DNA of 60,834 nucleotides from IMG/VR virus record IMGVR_UViG_3300044972_001994, positions 1 through 60,834 of that record; one strand, given 5' to 3'. The position numbers and the translations under genes were made by a program. A model generated the notes under the pieces. That model was not told where the DNA came from. It made no database searches and saw nothing but the letters and a program-made list of their open reading frames with translations. Shown here one piece after another: positions 27,345-38,600 of this stretch. This DNA comes from a virus. Its lineage: Duplodnaviria; Caudoviricetes. The stretch's first letter is position 1; every line of letters starts with the position of its first letter.

Positions 27345-29072
27345 ATGAATAATATTTTTCAGAAAAATAATATTTTAATTAGAGGTCTTTTAAACACGAC
27401 CTATAATTTCTTGCAGCAAACTTTCAATCAAACAAGAAATGTCTTTACGACTGCTTCTGCTTGGGGACAAATATTATTTGTTCTTGAAAACCTATCCCAG
27501 CTAATTCTTTACTTCATCGAAGATTCGATTACAGAATTAAATATCTATGAAGCTACTAGAGACTACTCGGTTAGAAGTTTGGCTAGAATAGCAGGATATG
27601 ATCCTGCAAGAGCCATGGGAGCCCAAGGTGAAATTGAAGTCTCCTGGAACACTAAAGCAACTACCACTGGAGGCGGAGCAGTTTTACTACAGGAAAATAC
27701 CAGAATCCAATGTGATCAAAATGGACTCGTTTATACTATTATTCTAAATGGACCTAGAGTAAAGATTCCTTTAACCAGAGGAAATTCTTTTAGGTTTAAA
27801 ATTGTGCAAGGAACTTTTAATGAGACTATATTTACTGGAAACGGGGCTGCACTCCAAAGTTTTAACATCCCAATCAAAGGAGGATCTCTTGTTGATCAAT
27901 TTTATATCAACACTACAGTCAACGATAACAAATGGAAAAAATATGATTCTCTCTATGATATTCCTCTTCAGGGAGAAGGGTATTTAGTAAAGACCGGAAT
28001 TAGCGAGGGAATAGACATTTATTTTGGAAATTCTAATTTTGGAAAAGTTCCACCAAGAGGATCTTTGATTAAAGTTCAATATTTACAAACTCTAGGATTT
28101 GCTGGAAATCTTAGATCTACCTCTACCAGTAAAATTACTTACAGATTTTTAGATACAGGTACTGATTTATTTGGGGCAGAAGTAAATCTTAATGACTACC
28201 TTCAAATTGTCAATACGGTAGATCCTTCTTTTGGAGCTAATGAAGAACCAATTTCTATTACAAGACTTGCAGCTCCGAAGACAAGCAGAGCTTTTGTTTT
28301 TGCTAATGCTGGAAACTATGAAATTTACTTACAGAGATTTAATATATTTTCTCAGATACAAGCATTTTCTACCTTTGATGATGAATACTTAGATGACGAT
28401 AATGTTGTTTACTTGTATTTAATTCCTGATATAACGATAGGTTTATCTTCTAATGAGGACTATTTTAGTATTCCTCTTTCAAGTTTTCTTTTGACGAATG
28501 CACAAAAATTGGCAATTTTAAATCTTATTGAAGATTCAGGGTCTATGATAGCAACTACTGTTGTTAAAATAATAGAGCCTACTATTCAAAGGTTTGTAGG
28601 AAACGCAGTTCTAACTGTTTTCGAGGGATATGATCCTGAGATTATTAAAGATAAGATTCAAGCTTCTATTTCTTCTTACATGATAAATCTAAAGAGAAGA
28701 GATAAAATTCCAAAGTCTGATATGATTGCTCTTATAGAATCTATTCCTGGGGTTGACTCGGTTAGCTTCTATTTTGTAGGACAAGCCAATGAAGCTTACC
28801 ATGCAACTGTAGATTTCCTCCCTAACGTTAGCACAAGTCAGCTTACAACTAATATAGGATTTGATCAATTCGGAGACATTATTATTGGGAGGGGAGAACT
28901 AGTAGTTTTGAGAGGGGGATGGAACGATAGAAATGGGATGTACTATGAACTTGGGGTAGTACCAGGTAAACCTTCTGCTTTGAATATTTCAATTAGTGGA
29001 TTTGTCCCTGTTAATTATCTTTCTGAACTTAATGCTGAAACTAAAGCACAATTAATAGCTGCAAATAGATAA
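27345..29072 (+). CDS. gp6: Baseplate wedge protein gp6/baseplate J-like
   Basis: ATRDYSVRSLARIAGY, IYFGN..FGKVP, V.YL.T.G..GN, GANEE, IESIPGVDSV. Confidence 0.85.
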   Translation: MNNIFQKNNILIRGLLNTTYNFLQQTFNQTRNVFTTASAWGQILFVLENLSQLILYFIEDSITELNIYEATRDYSVRSLARIAGYDPARAMGAQGEIEVSWNTKATTTGGGAVLLQENTRIQCDQNGLVYTIILNGPRVKIPLTRGNSFRFKIVQGTFNETIFTGNGAALQSFNIPIKGGSLVDQFYINTTVNDNKWKKYDSLYDIPLQGEGYLVKTGISEGIDIYFGNSNFGKVPPRGSLIKVQYLQTLGFAGNLRSTSTSKITYRFLDTGTDLFGAEVNLNDYLQIVNTVDPSFGANEEPISITRLAAPKTSRAFVFANAGNYEIYLQRFNIFSQIQAFSTFDDEYLDDDNVVYLYLIPDITIGLSSNEDYFSIPLSSFLLTNAQKLAILNLIEDSGSMIATTVVKIIEPTIQRFVGNAVLTVFEGYDPEIIKDKIQASISSYMINLKRRDKIPKSDMIALIESIPGVDSVSFYFVGQANEAYHATVDFLPNVSTSQLTTNIGFDQFGDIIIGRGELVVLRGGWNDRNGMYYELGVVPGKPSALNISISGFVPVNYLSELNAETKAQLIAANR

Positions 29073-29075
29073 ATC

Positions 29076-29648
29076 ATGGCACTAGATTATTCACCACAAT
29101 TCAATCAGGAAGGTAAAAACGCATACAATAACTATAAAGTTGTTCCTTCGAGCAATTCTTCAGGGAAGAATGAAGGAGGCTACACGTATAAAAACTATAC
29201 GACTAATTTTGATACCTTAGATGATCTTTATCCTACCTCTACACAAGCTTCTGAAAGAGCTTATAATCTTGGATGCTCTGGGTATAGAAAACGTTTAATT
29301 AGCTCTGCTGGAAATTATCAGTATGCTCCTTGTCAAACCTCTGTTGAATACATTTCTATTATGGGAGGTATACCAAAGGGAGATATGGAAAGAAGATATT
29401 ATTTATTTGATCAAACTGAGAATGTTTTTGATGTAACTGAATCTATAAACGACACAGCTACTACTGGATTTAATTATAAGGAACAGATCTTCCCAAGAAC
29501 ACTTTCTAATCTAATCTATAGAGACCCTAGTAAAATTTTAATTTTGGACAAATATCAGAGGGTAGTTTTTGCTTTGATTGAATCTGTTAAGCAGATAAAA
29601 AACTATTTTAATTACACAGTTCCTTTCAACAACAGAAGAGTATTCTAA
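29076..29648 (+). CDS. Hypothetical baseplate-region protein with a two-Cys mini-domain
   Basis: LYPTSTQASERAYNLGCSGY...YAPC; TAATG coupling to the next gene. Confidence 0.6.
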   Translation: MALDYSPQFNQEGKNAYNNYKVVPSSNSSGKNEGGYTYKNYTTNFDTLDDLYPTSTQASERAYNLGCSGYRKRLISSAGNYQYAPCQTSVEYISIMGGIPKGDMERRYYLFDQTENVFDVTESINDTATTGFNYKEQIFPRTLSNLIYRDPSKILILDKYQRVVFALIESVKQIKNYFNYTVPFNNRRVF

Positions 29649-32600
29649 TGGCTAATCTACACTTAAGATTTTTTGACAAACAAGGAGATCCTTTAAACTA
29701 CCAATACGTAGGACCAACCGGTTCTGTGGATCTGGATTTTAGCTTTTCGTATCTTTCTACAAATACTGGATCTACCCCATCACAGGGATATGTTTCCTTT
29801 TCAGACGTAGACTCTGGAGTTTTATATCTTAACTCAACAGATCAAAATAGATCTTCTATTCTTCCATGGGCAAATGAAGTTTTAAGCTCAATTATCAACG
29901 GAGCAACGATTAGAGTAAATTTTGCAGTTTATCCTGCCAATAGTTTAAACTTTAGAGTTACTAATGTTTCTTTTGCTGGCAGCGTTGTTGTTCTTGATAT
30001 TAGTAAAATCGTAGGGTCTACGATAATTTCAAATAACAATAGCATCATTTTAACCACCGAATACACAAATCTCCCAGGAGGGTACTTCTACGGGGAAGTG
30101 TATTTTGATCCTGTATCTGCTGGACTTTATGAAAATCAGCAGATCTTTGTTGTTCAAGAGCTAGTAAATTCAGGATCTCTAGAATTGGGTTATCCGCATA
30201 CAAATGCAACCGGAGGAACTGGAGCTAATATATGGAGAACGAGATGGGCAAATGACACTTACGGAAATACCGATGTTACTGAAATTATATTCACGTATAA
30301 AATAACTCCTCACGACTCTGATATTGATGGGTTTCCTGCAATAGTAAACTATCAAAATATTGCTATTCCAGTTACCCAAGAATCAGGTGATTTTTATTCC
30401 ATAGCTTATCCAGGTTATCTACAAACCACTTCTGTAGATTCTTCTGCATTGACAATTAACGTTGCTTTAAATGCTCCGGATGTTGCAGCAGAGGTATATG
30501 AAAGAAGATTAATAGTTGAGGACTTAACTTCTGGGACTCCGGAGAAAGTTTTGGAAATTTTATTTTATGGTCAAATCATAGGGGAAGATTCGAGACTTGA
30601 TGTACTAACAGCAAATTTAGGAAGAGCTTTCTACCAAATCGATTCTAATATTCTAAGGGGACATGATCCTTATGAGCCGCTTCCAAACTGGATAGAGATT
30701 AACGAAAAGAGAAAAGAGCTGATGGTTGCAGGGGAAGAAATCTTCCCATATATCGGAGCTTATAAAGGTTTAATAGGAGCACTCCAATTCTTTGGCTATC
30801 AAGATTTGAGAATAAAAGAGTATTGGTTAAATCTTGCATACCAAAAAGTTAAACTTAGTCCACTTTTAGAAAATCAGAATTTTCTGAATAAGTATGATCA
30901 AAGTTTCATGGTCAATCAGTCAATTCAGATTGCAGACCTTCTAGATAACGAAAATAGTGGAAAATATAGGCTTCAGGAAACTTATGGTCCAGATGCTGAT
31001 GGGAATTACGTTTTAAATGTTTCTGGAGAGGACACACTTCTTCCAAGCAAAACTTACAAGAAAACATCTTTATTTGGTCTTTACTATGATTTGAATAAAT
31101 CTACAGATCTGGAGGATCCTTATGGATACCCTATTACACAAGAAGCATTCATTTTTAGCCAGGAAGAAATTCTAGTAAAACTATTTGCTTTAAAGCAAAG
31201 ACTTAAACAAACATATCTTCCACTAAATGCTAGAATCGTTGATATAACTGGTGAAGGTGTTTATTTTGAAGTCTATAATACCAAATCGTGGACGGACTCA
31301 ATGGAAAGAAATGATATTGAGTCTGGGTTTTATCTAGATGTAAAATCAAATCCTCCTAAGGGATTCATAGAAGATCTTAGAGCATTCAGTCTGAGAACAT
31401 ATCCAAATTCTATCCAGACTCCTATGAACTACTTCAACGTTGTAGATTATACCGTTTCTGTTGCAGGTCCTTCTGGTGATGCTCTTACTTTTTCTGGTGT
31501 TGCTGGTTATAATCCAACTCTAACTTTTGAAAAAGGAAAGACTTATAATTTCACGGTTTCAAGTTCAAACTACGATTTCTATTTAACTACAAATCCTTCT
31601 TTGGCTCAATCTGATCCACTTGGAGTAATTAATAATGGGTCTTATGGAGGTTCTACCGGATCTGTTGTTTCTATAAATGTTAATCCACAAGAGCAAACTA
31701 CGATTTATTATTATTCAAGCGTAAATCCTAGCAAAATGTTTGGAAGTATTAATATTGTAGACTCTAGCATTTCTGATTTTGGAAACGTATCCTTTCCTTT
31801 AGCTGATAATCAGATCTATAATTCTACCCAGAATTCTGCAATGCAAACTGCTATTGCTAATTTCTACACTCTGAAGGAAAACAATGGAATAAAATTTTTA
31901 GGCGACGGTACATCAGATCCTATACTATTTACTGATCCCGCTACAGGATTGCCTTATCAAAATCCGATAGGAATGCCAGTGATTCTGGAATCTATTCTTG
32001 ATCAATGGATCTGGGACGAAATGGGTATCAGCTGGAATTCCCTTAAATTGCCTGAATTTAAAGTTGGTGATTTGATAGACGTTAAAACATATCAAGATCC
32101 AAATGGTCCTTTTTATGGACCAACTGGACCAACCGGAACAACCGGGGGTGTTGGAGGGCAGATTCTTTCTGCTTCCTATGATCTACAAACCTATAGCGTT
32201 AGACTCTCCTCTGATTTTTCTATAGTAACTCTATCTGCAAATTTATTGACATCTTCAATTCAAGATACCCAGTTACTAACCTGGGCAAATATAGATTTTT
32301 CAACTTACACTGAAATAGAATGGATAATTGAGAAGCCAACCTCTCAACCGGGAAGTCCATATTATTTCAAGAAGAGAGGACTGATTATGGACTATTACAA
32401 AATGGCTCATTTCCTTCCTTATGTTGGTGAGTACAATATTACATGTACAGTTTATGACTCTTTTAACTATCAGAGTAAAGTCATAAAAAATTCATTAATT
32501 AAAGTTGATCCGATTCAAATTGATATAAATGCTTGGACTAGATACAGAGAAAATGAGAATTATCTGTGGGATCAAACAGTTAGAAATTGGGATTCTTATG

Positions 32601-33892
32601 AATCAATCTGGGAGTATCCTGCAGAAGGAAAAACTATTCAAGAACTAACTAATAGAATTCCTCCGGAGGTTCTTGAGTTTTCAACTTATGGAAACAATGT
32701 TCAAGGAACCCAAGATATGCTGGTTAAAGTTCCAATTAATCCAATTGGGGCATCCGGTAATATTGTTCTTCAACAGGCCGTATATTCTATTGATTCTGCT
32801 TACTCTGCATTTATCTCAGGAAGCCAGTATGGGTTTGTACAGATATTTACCAATCAGCCCCATAATTTTGAAGAGGGTTCTTTAGTTTTTATTACCGGAT
32901 CTTCCCCTCAGATTAATGGAGCTTGGAATATTACTATACCAACTGGATCAACTGGGAATTCTTTTGAAATACCTGTAGCTCTAGTAGGAGGACCTGGTGT
33001 GATAGCTCCGACAACTCCAGGAGCTACCTCAACCTATATTGATCCTGGATATTATCCTGACCAGACTGTTACGGGAGGAGGGAATATTTCTATTTCAGTA
33101 AACGGAAGAGTGATTGGAGCTACCTCAGCAGGGGCAAGTCTACAATCTACAGTTAATTCTATAGTTGAAGTTGTAAATTCAGTTTATACCCAGCCAGATT
33201 ATTTTGCAGGATCCACCGCTCCTAATTCTATTCCTGCTACTTTAAATATTCTAGCAAACACAGATTCTGGAAACGTTGGAAATGGAGACGTTTTAACTGC
33301 AGTTGTTACCGGGTCCCTTTCGGTAGTTTCCATAGATTCTACCTTTTCTGGAGGTGGAACTTCTGGAACTCAATATATTACCTGGAACGAAAATTATGGA
33401 AGTTTTCCTGACGAAAATCTGAGATATTGGGGAACACAAAATTTAAATTGGGATTCTATTCCAACCTCAACTTGGGATGAAGCTTATGCTCACGGATGGT
33501 ATGATTTTGAGTATGAAAACGGATGGCTTGGTGGATTTGAAATTCATAGTATTAAAGTTGGCGACAATATCAAAGTTAGTACTGGGAATGAGACGTTTCC
33601 TTTCCCCGTAGGGGTTACTTTTAGCGCGACTGGAGGAGTTACGGGTCCTACAGGATATATCACCTTAGGTGGAGCAGTAAGTGAATTAAACAGCTCTACA
33701 GATCCCCATATCGCTAACTTTTATTATAGGGTTACTCCTTATGGGTCTGATGATCTTCTGACAACAAACGGTCCAGTACAAACATCTTTTAGCATTTTTG
33801 GAGCAACAGCAGGAGGATATTCAGCACCACCAACAGTTCCTGGAGCACCTCCTGAACTGATAGTATCTTTCACATACGCAACAGGACCATAA
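29648..33892 (+). CDS. Large baseplate wedge protein (gp7/P2 gpI-like) with accessory modules
   Basis: Follows gp25-gp6; YIGAYKGLIGALQFFGY wedge-like motif; cupredoxin-like, PKD-like and FCCH-like modules; many GxTG motifs. Confidence 0.6.
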   Translation: MANLHLRFFDKQGDPLNYQYVGPTGSVDLDFSFSYLSTNTGSTPSQGYVSFSDVDSGVLYLNSTDQNRSSILPWANEVLSSIINGATIRVNFAVYPANSLNFRVTNVSFAGSVVVLDISKIVGSTIISNNNSIILTTEYTNLPGGYFYGEVYFDPVSAGLYENQQIFVVQELVNSGSLELGYPHTNATGGTGANIWRTRWANDTYGNTDVTEIIFTYKITPHDSDIDGFPAIVNYQNIAIPVTQESGDFYSIAYPGYLQTTSVDSSALTINVALNAPDVAAEVYERRLIVEDLTSGTPEKVLEILFYGQIIGEDSRLDVLTANLGRAFYQIDSNILRGHDPYEPLPNWIEINEKRKELMVAGEEIFPYIGAYKGLIGALQFFGYQDLRIKEYWLNLAYQKVKLSPLLENQNFLNKYDQSFMVNQSIQIADLLDNENSGKYRLQETYGPDADGNYVLNVSGEDTLLPSKTYKKTSLFGLYYDLNKSTDLEDPYGYPITQEAFIFSQEEILVKLFALKQRLKQTYLPLNARIVDITGEGVYFEVYNTKSWTDSMERNDIESGFYLDVKSNPPKGFIEDLRAFSLRTYPNSIQTPMNYFNVVDYTVSVAGPSGDALTFSGVAGYNPTLTFEKGKTYNFTVSSSNYDFYLTTNPSLAQSDPLGVINNGSYGGSTGSVVSINVNPQEQTTIYYYSSVNPSKMFGSINIVDSSISDFGNVSFPLADNQIYNSTQNSAMQTAIANFYTLKENNGIKFLGDGTSDPILFTDPATGLPYQNPIGMPVILESILDQWIWDEMGISWNSLKLPEFKVGDLIDVKTYQDPNGPFYGPTGPTGTTGGVGGQILSASYDLQTYSVRLSSDFSIVTLSANLLTSSIQDTQLLTWANIDFSTYTEIEWIIEKPTSQPGSPYYFKKRGLIMDYYKMAHFLPYVGEYNITCTVYDSFNYQSKVIKNSLIKVDPIQIDINAWTRYRENENYLWDQTVRNWDSYESIWEYPAEGKTIQELTNRIPPEVLEFSTYGNNVQGTQDMLVKVPINPIGASGNIVLQQAVYSIDSAYSAFISGSQYGFVQIFTNQPHNFEEGSLVFITGSSPQINGAWNITIPTGSTGNSFEIPVALVGGPGVIAPTTPGATSTYIDPGYYPDQTVTGGGNISISVNGRVIGATSAGASLQSTVNSIVEVVNSVYTQPDYFAGSTAPNSIPATLNILANTDSGNVGNGDVLTAVVTGSLSVVSIDSTFSGGGTSGTQYITWNENYGSFPDENLRYWGTQNLNWDSIPTSTWDEAYAHGWYDFEYENGWLGGFEIHSIKVGDNIKVSTGNETFPFPVGVTFSATGGVTGPTGYITLGGAVSELNSSTDPHIANFYYRVTPYGSDDLLTTNGPVQTSFSIFGATAGGYSAPPTVPGAPPELIVSFTYATGP

Positions 33893-33905
33893 TTAATTTA
33901 ATCTA

Positions 33906-35618
33906 ATGGCAGACATTTTACAAATATACCAATATCAGACAGTAAATTTTACTGACACTAGTACAGGAGCTCTTCCTTTGACAAGACTTTGGAGTTTTCC
34001 TGGAGGGACCCCTATAACTACTCCAAATCCTTTAACCTCTAGTCCAACAAATATAAAGTATCTAGTTCCTGGAACATATAGTGTTACCTTGACGGAAACT
34101 GACAACTTCGGAACAACTAAATCCTTAACTGAGGTTAATATCATTCAGGTTTCTCCTTCAAGTTTAACTGCTGGAATTTCTGGCCCTTCCCCTGCGTCGG
34201 TTAAGATGGACGAGGGATATCAATTAGACGATGCAAGTACAGGAACCCCCTTTGCACCAACCTCTTGGGCTTGGACTCTTCCTTATGGAAGATCTGCAAC
34301 CACACAAAATGTTGGGGTTACCGGATATGGGGATTGGAACACCTTAACTGGAACTTATTCTGGAGCACCAGGTTCTACATATACGGGAAATATTTCTTTG
34401 ACCTCTTCTGCTAACATTTCAGGAACTACTCTTAACAGTACTTCTTCCACTACAGTTGATGTTTCTAAGCTAGGACCTCTAGAAAATTTATATTTAAATG
34501 CAACAGGATCTAATCCTAGTCAATACGTGACGGGACTTTCCGGAGGACTTGTGGTTTTTCCCGGAAATATTCCTGCAATAGGATCGGATTTTGGATATCC
34601 TGCAAATACTAATCTTGTTATTAAATTAGATTATAGACTTAGAGGATTTGGTAATAATTCAAATCTTTATTTTCATTCGACCAACGAGATCGGAAATGTT
34701 ACTATGCTTACTGGTTTATGGTCACCAAATTATAATGATATTATAAATGGATTTTTAATAATACAGGCTCCTATCTACAGCCAATTTTCGGCAGTTCCTG
34801 TTGATTCTGCTATTAGCTTAGGTAATTATATTGTATCGGGTCAAAGTCCAGATATTTTTCTAATTGACGAAAGTGGTCTTCTTTCAAATCTCTATAACAA
34901 TTACAATTACAATCCTGACCTTCTTAGCTATCTAATAGTAAATCCTTACAAGATAATTTTTAGTGGAAATATTCAGTATATTAATCAGAGTGGAGCTCCT
35001 GGAACCCCTATGACATTTGTAGACACAGGGGGAGGAAGTAATTCTAATCCTGTTGTGTATTCCCCTCAAGCTTTGATATCTAAGGGTCTACCTCCTCTTC
35101 CTACTCCTGTTTATACCGTTACCATTTCAGTCACATTTAATAATTTACCGCAAACCCCAATAGTTGTTAATTTTAATGGACCAACCGGGAATGATCTGGT
35201 AACTGGTGAATACTATGTCGCTCAAGATAATAGTAATGGACAGGGATTTGTCAGCATCCTAAATAGCGCTATAAACTTATCCGGTATTCCCTTTGGAGGA
35301 TTATCTTCTTTAGAATTTAAGGCTAATCCTATATTTTCAATTCTTAACGGAACTGGATATGATTCTGCTGGATTCAATGGGGTTTCTCTTGAAATAAAAA
35401 CCCCTGCAATCTCTTTGGTTACTATAACTGATAATTCTGCGACTTTGAGCACTCCCCTAGTAACGGTAGCTCCTTTTATGGGAAATTATTTTAATACACA
35501 AGGATCAACCGAGACCTGCACCGGAATGTTCTCTGTAGGACCTTCCGGGAACCCGGGGAACTTTCCTAACAATGCTCCCTATTATAATGATCTAATTTTT
35601 GGAGGATCAATCTATTAA
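33906..35618 (+). CDS. PKD-domain virion/fibre protein
   Basis: VNFTDTSTG..WSFPGGTP..Y..PGTYSVTLT PKD signature and a second PKD-like unit (DASTG..SWAWTLP). Confidence 0.7.
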   Translation: MADILQIYQYQTVNFTDTSTGALPLTRLWSFPGGTPITTPNPLTSSPTNIKYLVPGTYSVTLTETDNFGTTKSLTEVNIIQVSPSSLTAGISGPSPASVKMDEGYQLDDASTGTPFAPTSWAWTLPYGRSATTQNVGVTGYGDWNTLTGTYSGAPGSTYTGNISLTSSANISGTTLNSTSSTTVDVSKLGPLENLYLNATGSNPSQYVTGLSGGLVVFPGNIPAIGSDFGYPANTNLVIKLDYRLRGFGNNSNLYFHSTNEIGNVTMLTGLWSPNYNDIINGFLIIQAPIYSQFSAVPVDSAISLGNYIVSGQSPDIFLIDESGLLSNLYNNYNYNPDLLSYLIVNPYKIIFSGNIQYINQSGAPGTPMTFVDTGGGSNSNPVVYSPQALISKGLPPLPTPVYTVTISVTFNNLPQTPIVVNFNGPTGNDLVTGEYYVAQDNSNGQGFVSILNSAINLSGIPFGGLSSLEFKANPIFSILNGTGYDSAGFNGVSLEIKTPAISLVTITDNSATLSTPLVTVAPFMGNYFNTQGSTETCTGMFSVGPSGNPGNFPNNAPYYNDLIFGGSIY

Positions 35619-35632
35619 AGATAAATACATAA

Positions 35633-38600
35633 ATGGCAAGTACATCAGCATATATTAACGGAACAGCTCTAGACGAATTTAATAACGTATGGGCAGTTGG
35701 GAGGGATCTAACTAAATTTGATGGGTCTTCTTGGACCTATTATGATTCTACCAATTCCGTAGTTCCGGGAAATATCCCATATTATTTAGATACTAGAAGT
35801 ATTTCTATATCTCCAAATTCAACTAAATGGGTGGGATGTGCTTATTCACCTTCTTTGCCAACCCCTTTAGTTTTTAGCGCAGCAGGACCTTATGCTGCTA
35901 CTGGATCTAGCTGGACTGCTTCCGAGATTACTGGGTCTGGATCTCAGGCTTTAGATGTTCCTACTATTTATGCATCTCCCTTTGGCGACGAAATTCTTGC
36001 TTTTATTTCTCCTTTAAATGGAGGAGCTGGAACTGGACCTGCTGGAGTTTTTGGAGTTACCGGAGGAAGTCTTTATACTTATAGCACTGTCTTAAAAACT
36101 TGGTTTGAAAATGCACCTGATTTTGTTTGGCCACACATTTATGATATTAAAGCAAAGGGAATAGACGGATATAGATTTAGCTATTACCTAGCAACACAAT
36201 ACGGAATTTATATAATTCCGGACGGGGATCTTAGCGTTTCTTCTTTAGAAGGAGGAGAGCCTTATATAGAAAATTCTACAGTCTGGAACAGTAAAAATAC
36301 CTCTCTCCCTTCTGATATAGTTTATTCTTTAGATTTTGATGAAAATGGTAATCTTTGGATTGGAACTTCTGCAGGTCTAGTTTATTGGGACCAAAATAAA
36401 TTCTACGTTTGGGACGATACAACTCTACCAAATTTAGGAAGCAATGAAATTAGATTTGTCCAAAGTAGACCAAATGGACACGTTTTCTTTAGCGCTGGAA
36501 ATCCTTTAAACTCACAAGGAACTGGATTGTATTACTTCAACGGGGATACTCTTACTGTTTATAATTCTTCTAATTCTTCTCTTCCTACTGATAATATAGT
36601 TTCTATTATGCTGGTTGAGAATAAATCGGTTAATATCGGGCTTAAAATATTTCCAAATGACATATTTGTAGCTGATGAAACTTCTATTGGACTATTTGAT
36701 TATGTTATTCCTCACGTTTATGCTTCATCAAAATATGCAGGAACTACCGGATGGAATTTTGTAGATTATACTCCAACAACAGAAGCTTTAACTACTGACG
36801 AAGCGGCTTTACCTAAAGCTGACAAGTATACCTGGAATTATCCTTCTTGGAGAAACTATCAAAACTATGATCTTCAGTATAAACATCCAGGATTAGATCC
36901 TAGAAATTTATTTTTAGAAGCAAACCTAAAAGCAATTGCCGACGGTACAGCTGGAACCCAGGACTACTGGAATCTCGGACAAATTCCTAATTTTGATTCT
37001 GTTCAATTAGCACAATCGTTACAAAATTCTTCTTGGGTTAATGGGGTAACTGGTGGAGTAACTAAAAATACTTCTTCCACATATCTGGATGGAAAATATA
37101 TAGTTGGAGGATATACCACTTTAGACACCGCATATTTTGGATTAAAAAATAATTTAGAACCTCTGGTTCTTAACAATCCAAATCCGACTTTATCAAGTAT
37201 TCCAAGATCCGGACAAAAAGTTGGATACATTTCTTATTATAACGAGAATGGTCAAATTCAAGACGTTATTACAATCAGAGGTGAAGAAACTGAGGTGTGG
37301 GATGTACAATCGTCCCCAGATCAAAAGTCCCTTTACGTTTTAGGATCATATAAAGGATACATTGAAGCTGGAGATCTCATCTGGTCTTCTGTTTATCCAG
37401 GAGCAGCCGGAATGACAGGTCCTATTGGAGGACCAATCGGTTTTTCTAATGTACAAACTCCTGGAATTACAGGAAGCCCTTATCTTTACCCTTGGATCTA
37501 CAACGGAACACAAACTCTTCCTGCTACAGGTCCATTTCTTCCTGTTACCACAATATCAGTTGTCAATGTTTCAGTACCTGGAATTTTTGTGATGGAAATA
37601 GAAAAAAATCTGGGGAATCAAACTTCTTATGGAGGAATAAATTTCGGATCTACTGGTTCTTTAGAAACTTCTTATAGACTTAAGAATTTCAGATCTTTCC
37701 CTGGAGCAAGTTCAATTTATGATCCTCTTTCTTCATCTTCAACTATAGACACAGCTTTCTATGAAAAAACTTTATCTCTATCAGTTTCTGATTATGATGT
37801 TGATATAGTTGGAACTTTAGAAGGTGGAATTTCAACTTATAAAAATGGGTACGGAAGAACTTTGGATAGCATAGAAACTTCCGAATTTTTATTTTCTTCC
37901 TGGAATTCTTCATCTTATTTAAAAGATGGATTTTGGATTTCTCTAGGGACAGAATTAGAACTTCTAAAAACTAATGCAACCTATGGAACGGGCGGAAATA
38001 AAGTTTTTAATTCGATTCAGAAAGATCAAGGAACTTTAACGTATTTAATTACGGGAACTTCTGATTGCCCTAGTTTTAGTTTCTTAGGAACATCTGTTAC
38101 CGGTGGAACTTCTGGAGTTTTACCTTTCTACCTTATCTCTAATTATACCCCTTCAGTTTCGTCTTACAATTTTATCCAAACAAACTCTGCTCCAATTGAT
38201 ACAGACCAAGGAATAGATTCTGGATACAGAGATGGAAAATATTTCTTCGGAACAACCTATTCAGGAACTGCTTCTTTTGGATCTTATACAGCTTCACAGG
38301 AGGAAAATTACAATGGATATAGTTTATTGACTGTTGAGATTACACCTTCTCAGTCTTTTACAACACTATCTAGTAATAAAATACTTCCGGTAGATTTAAA
38401 TTCTACTGCTATTGGAATTGATGATATTGAAATGGGAAAAGAAGGACAAATTTTCTATTCTGTCTTTAGTCAAGGAGGAACCGCTACTAATAATATCTAT
38501 AAGATCAACCAGTATGGTGGATTAAATGGTTCTATTTTAGTCGGTGGAACTGGACACCTGAGACTTGCATTAGACGAAAAAGATAATTTATTGATTGGTG

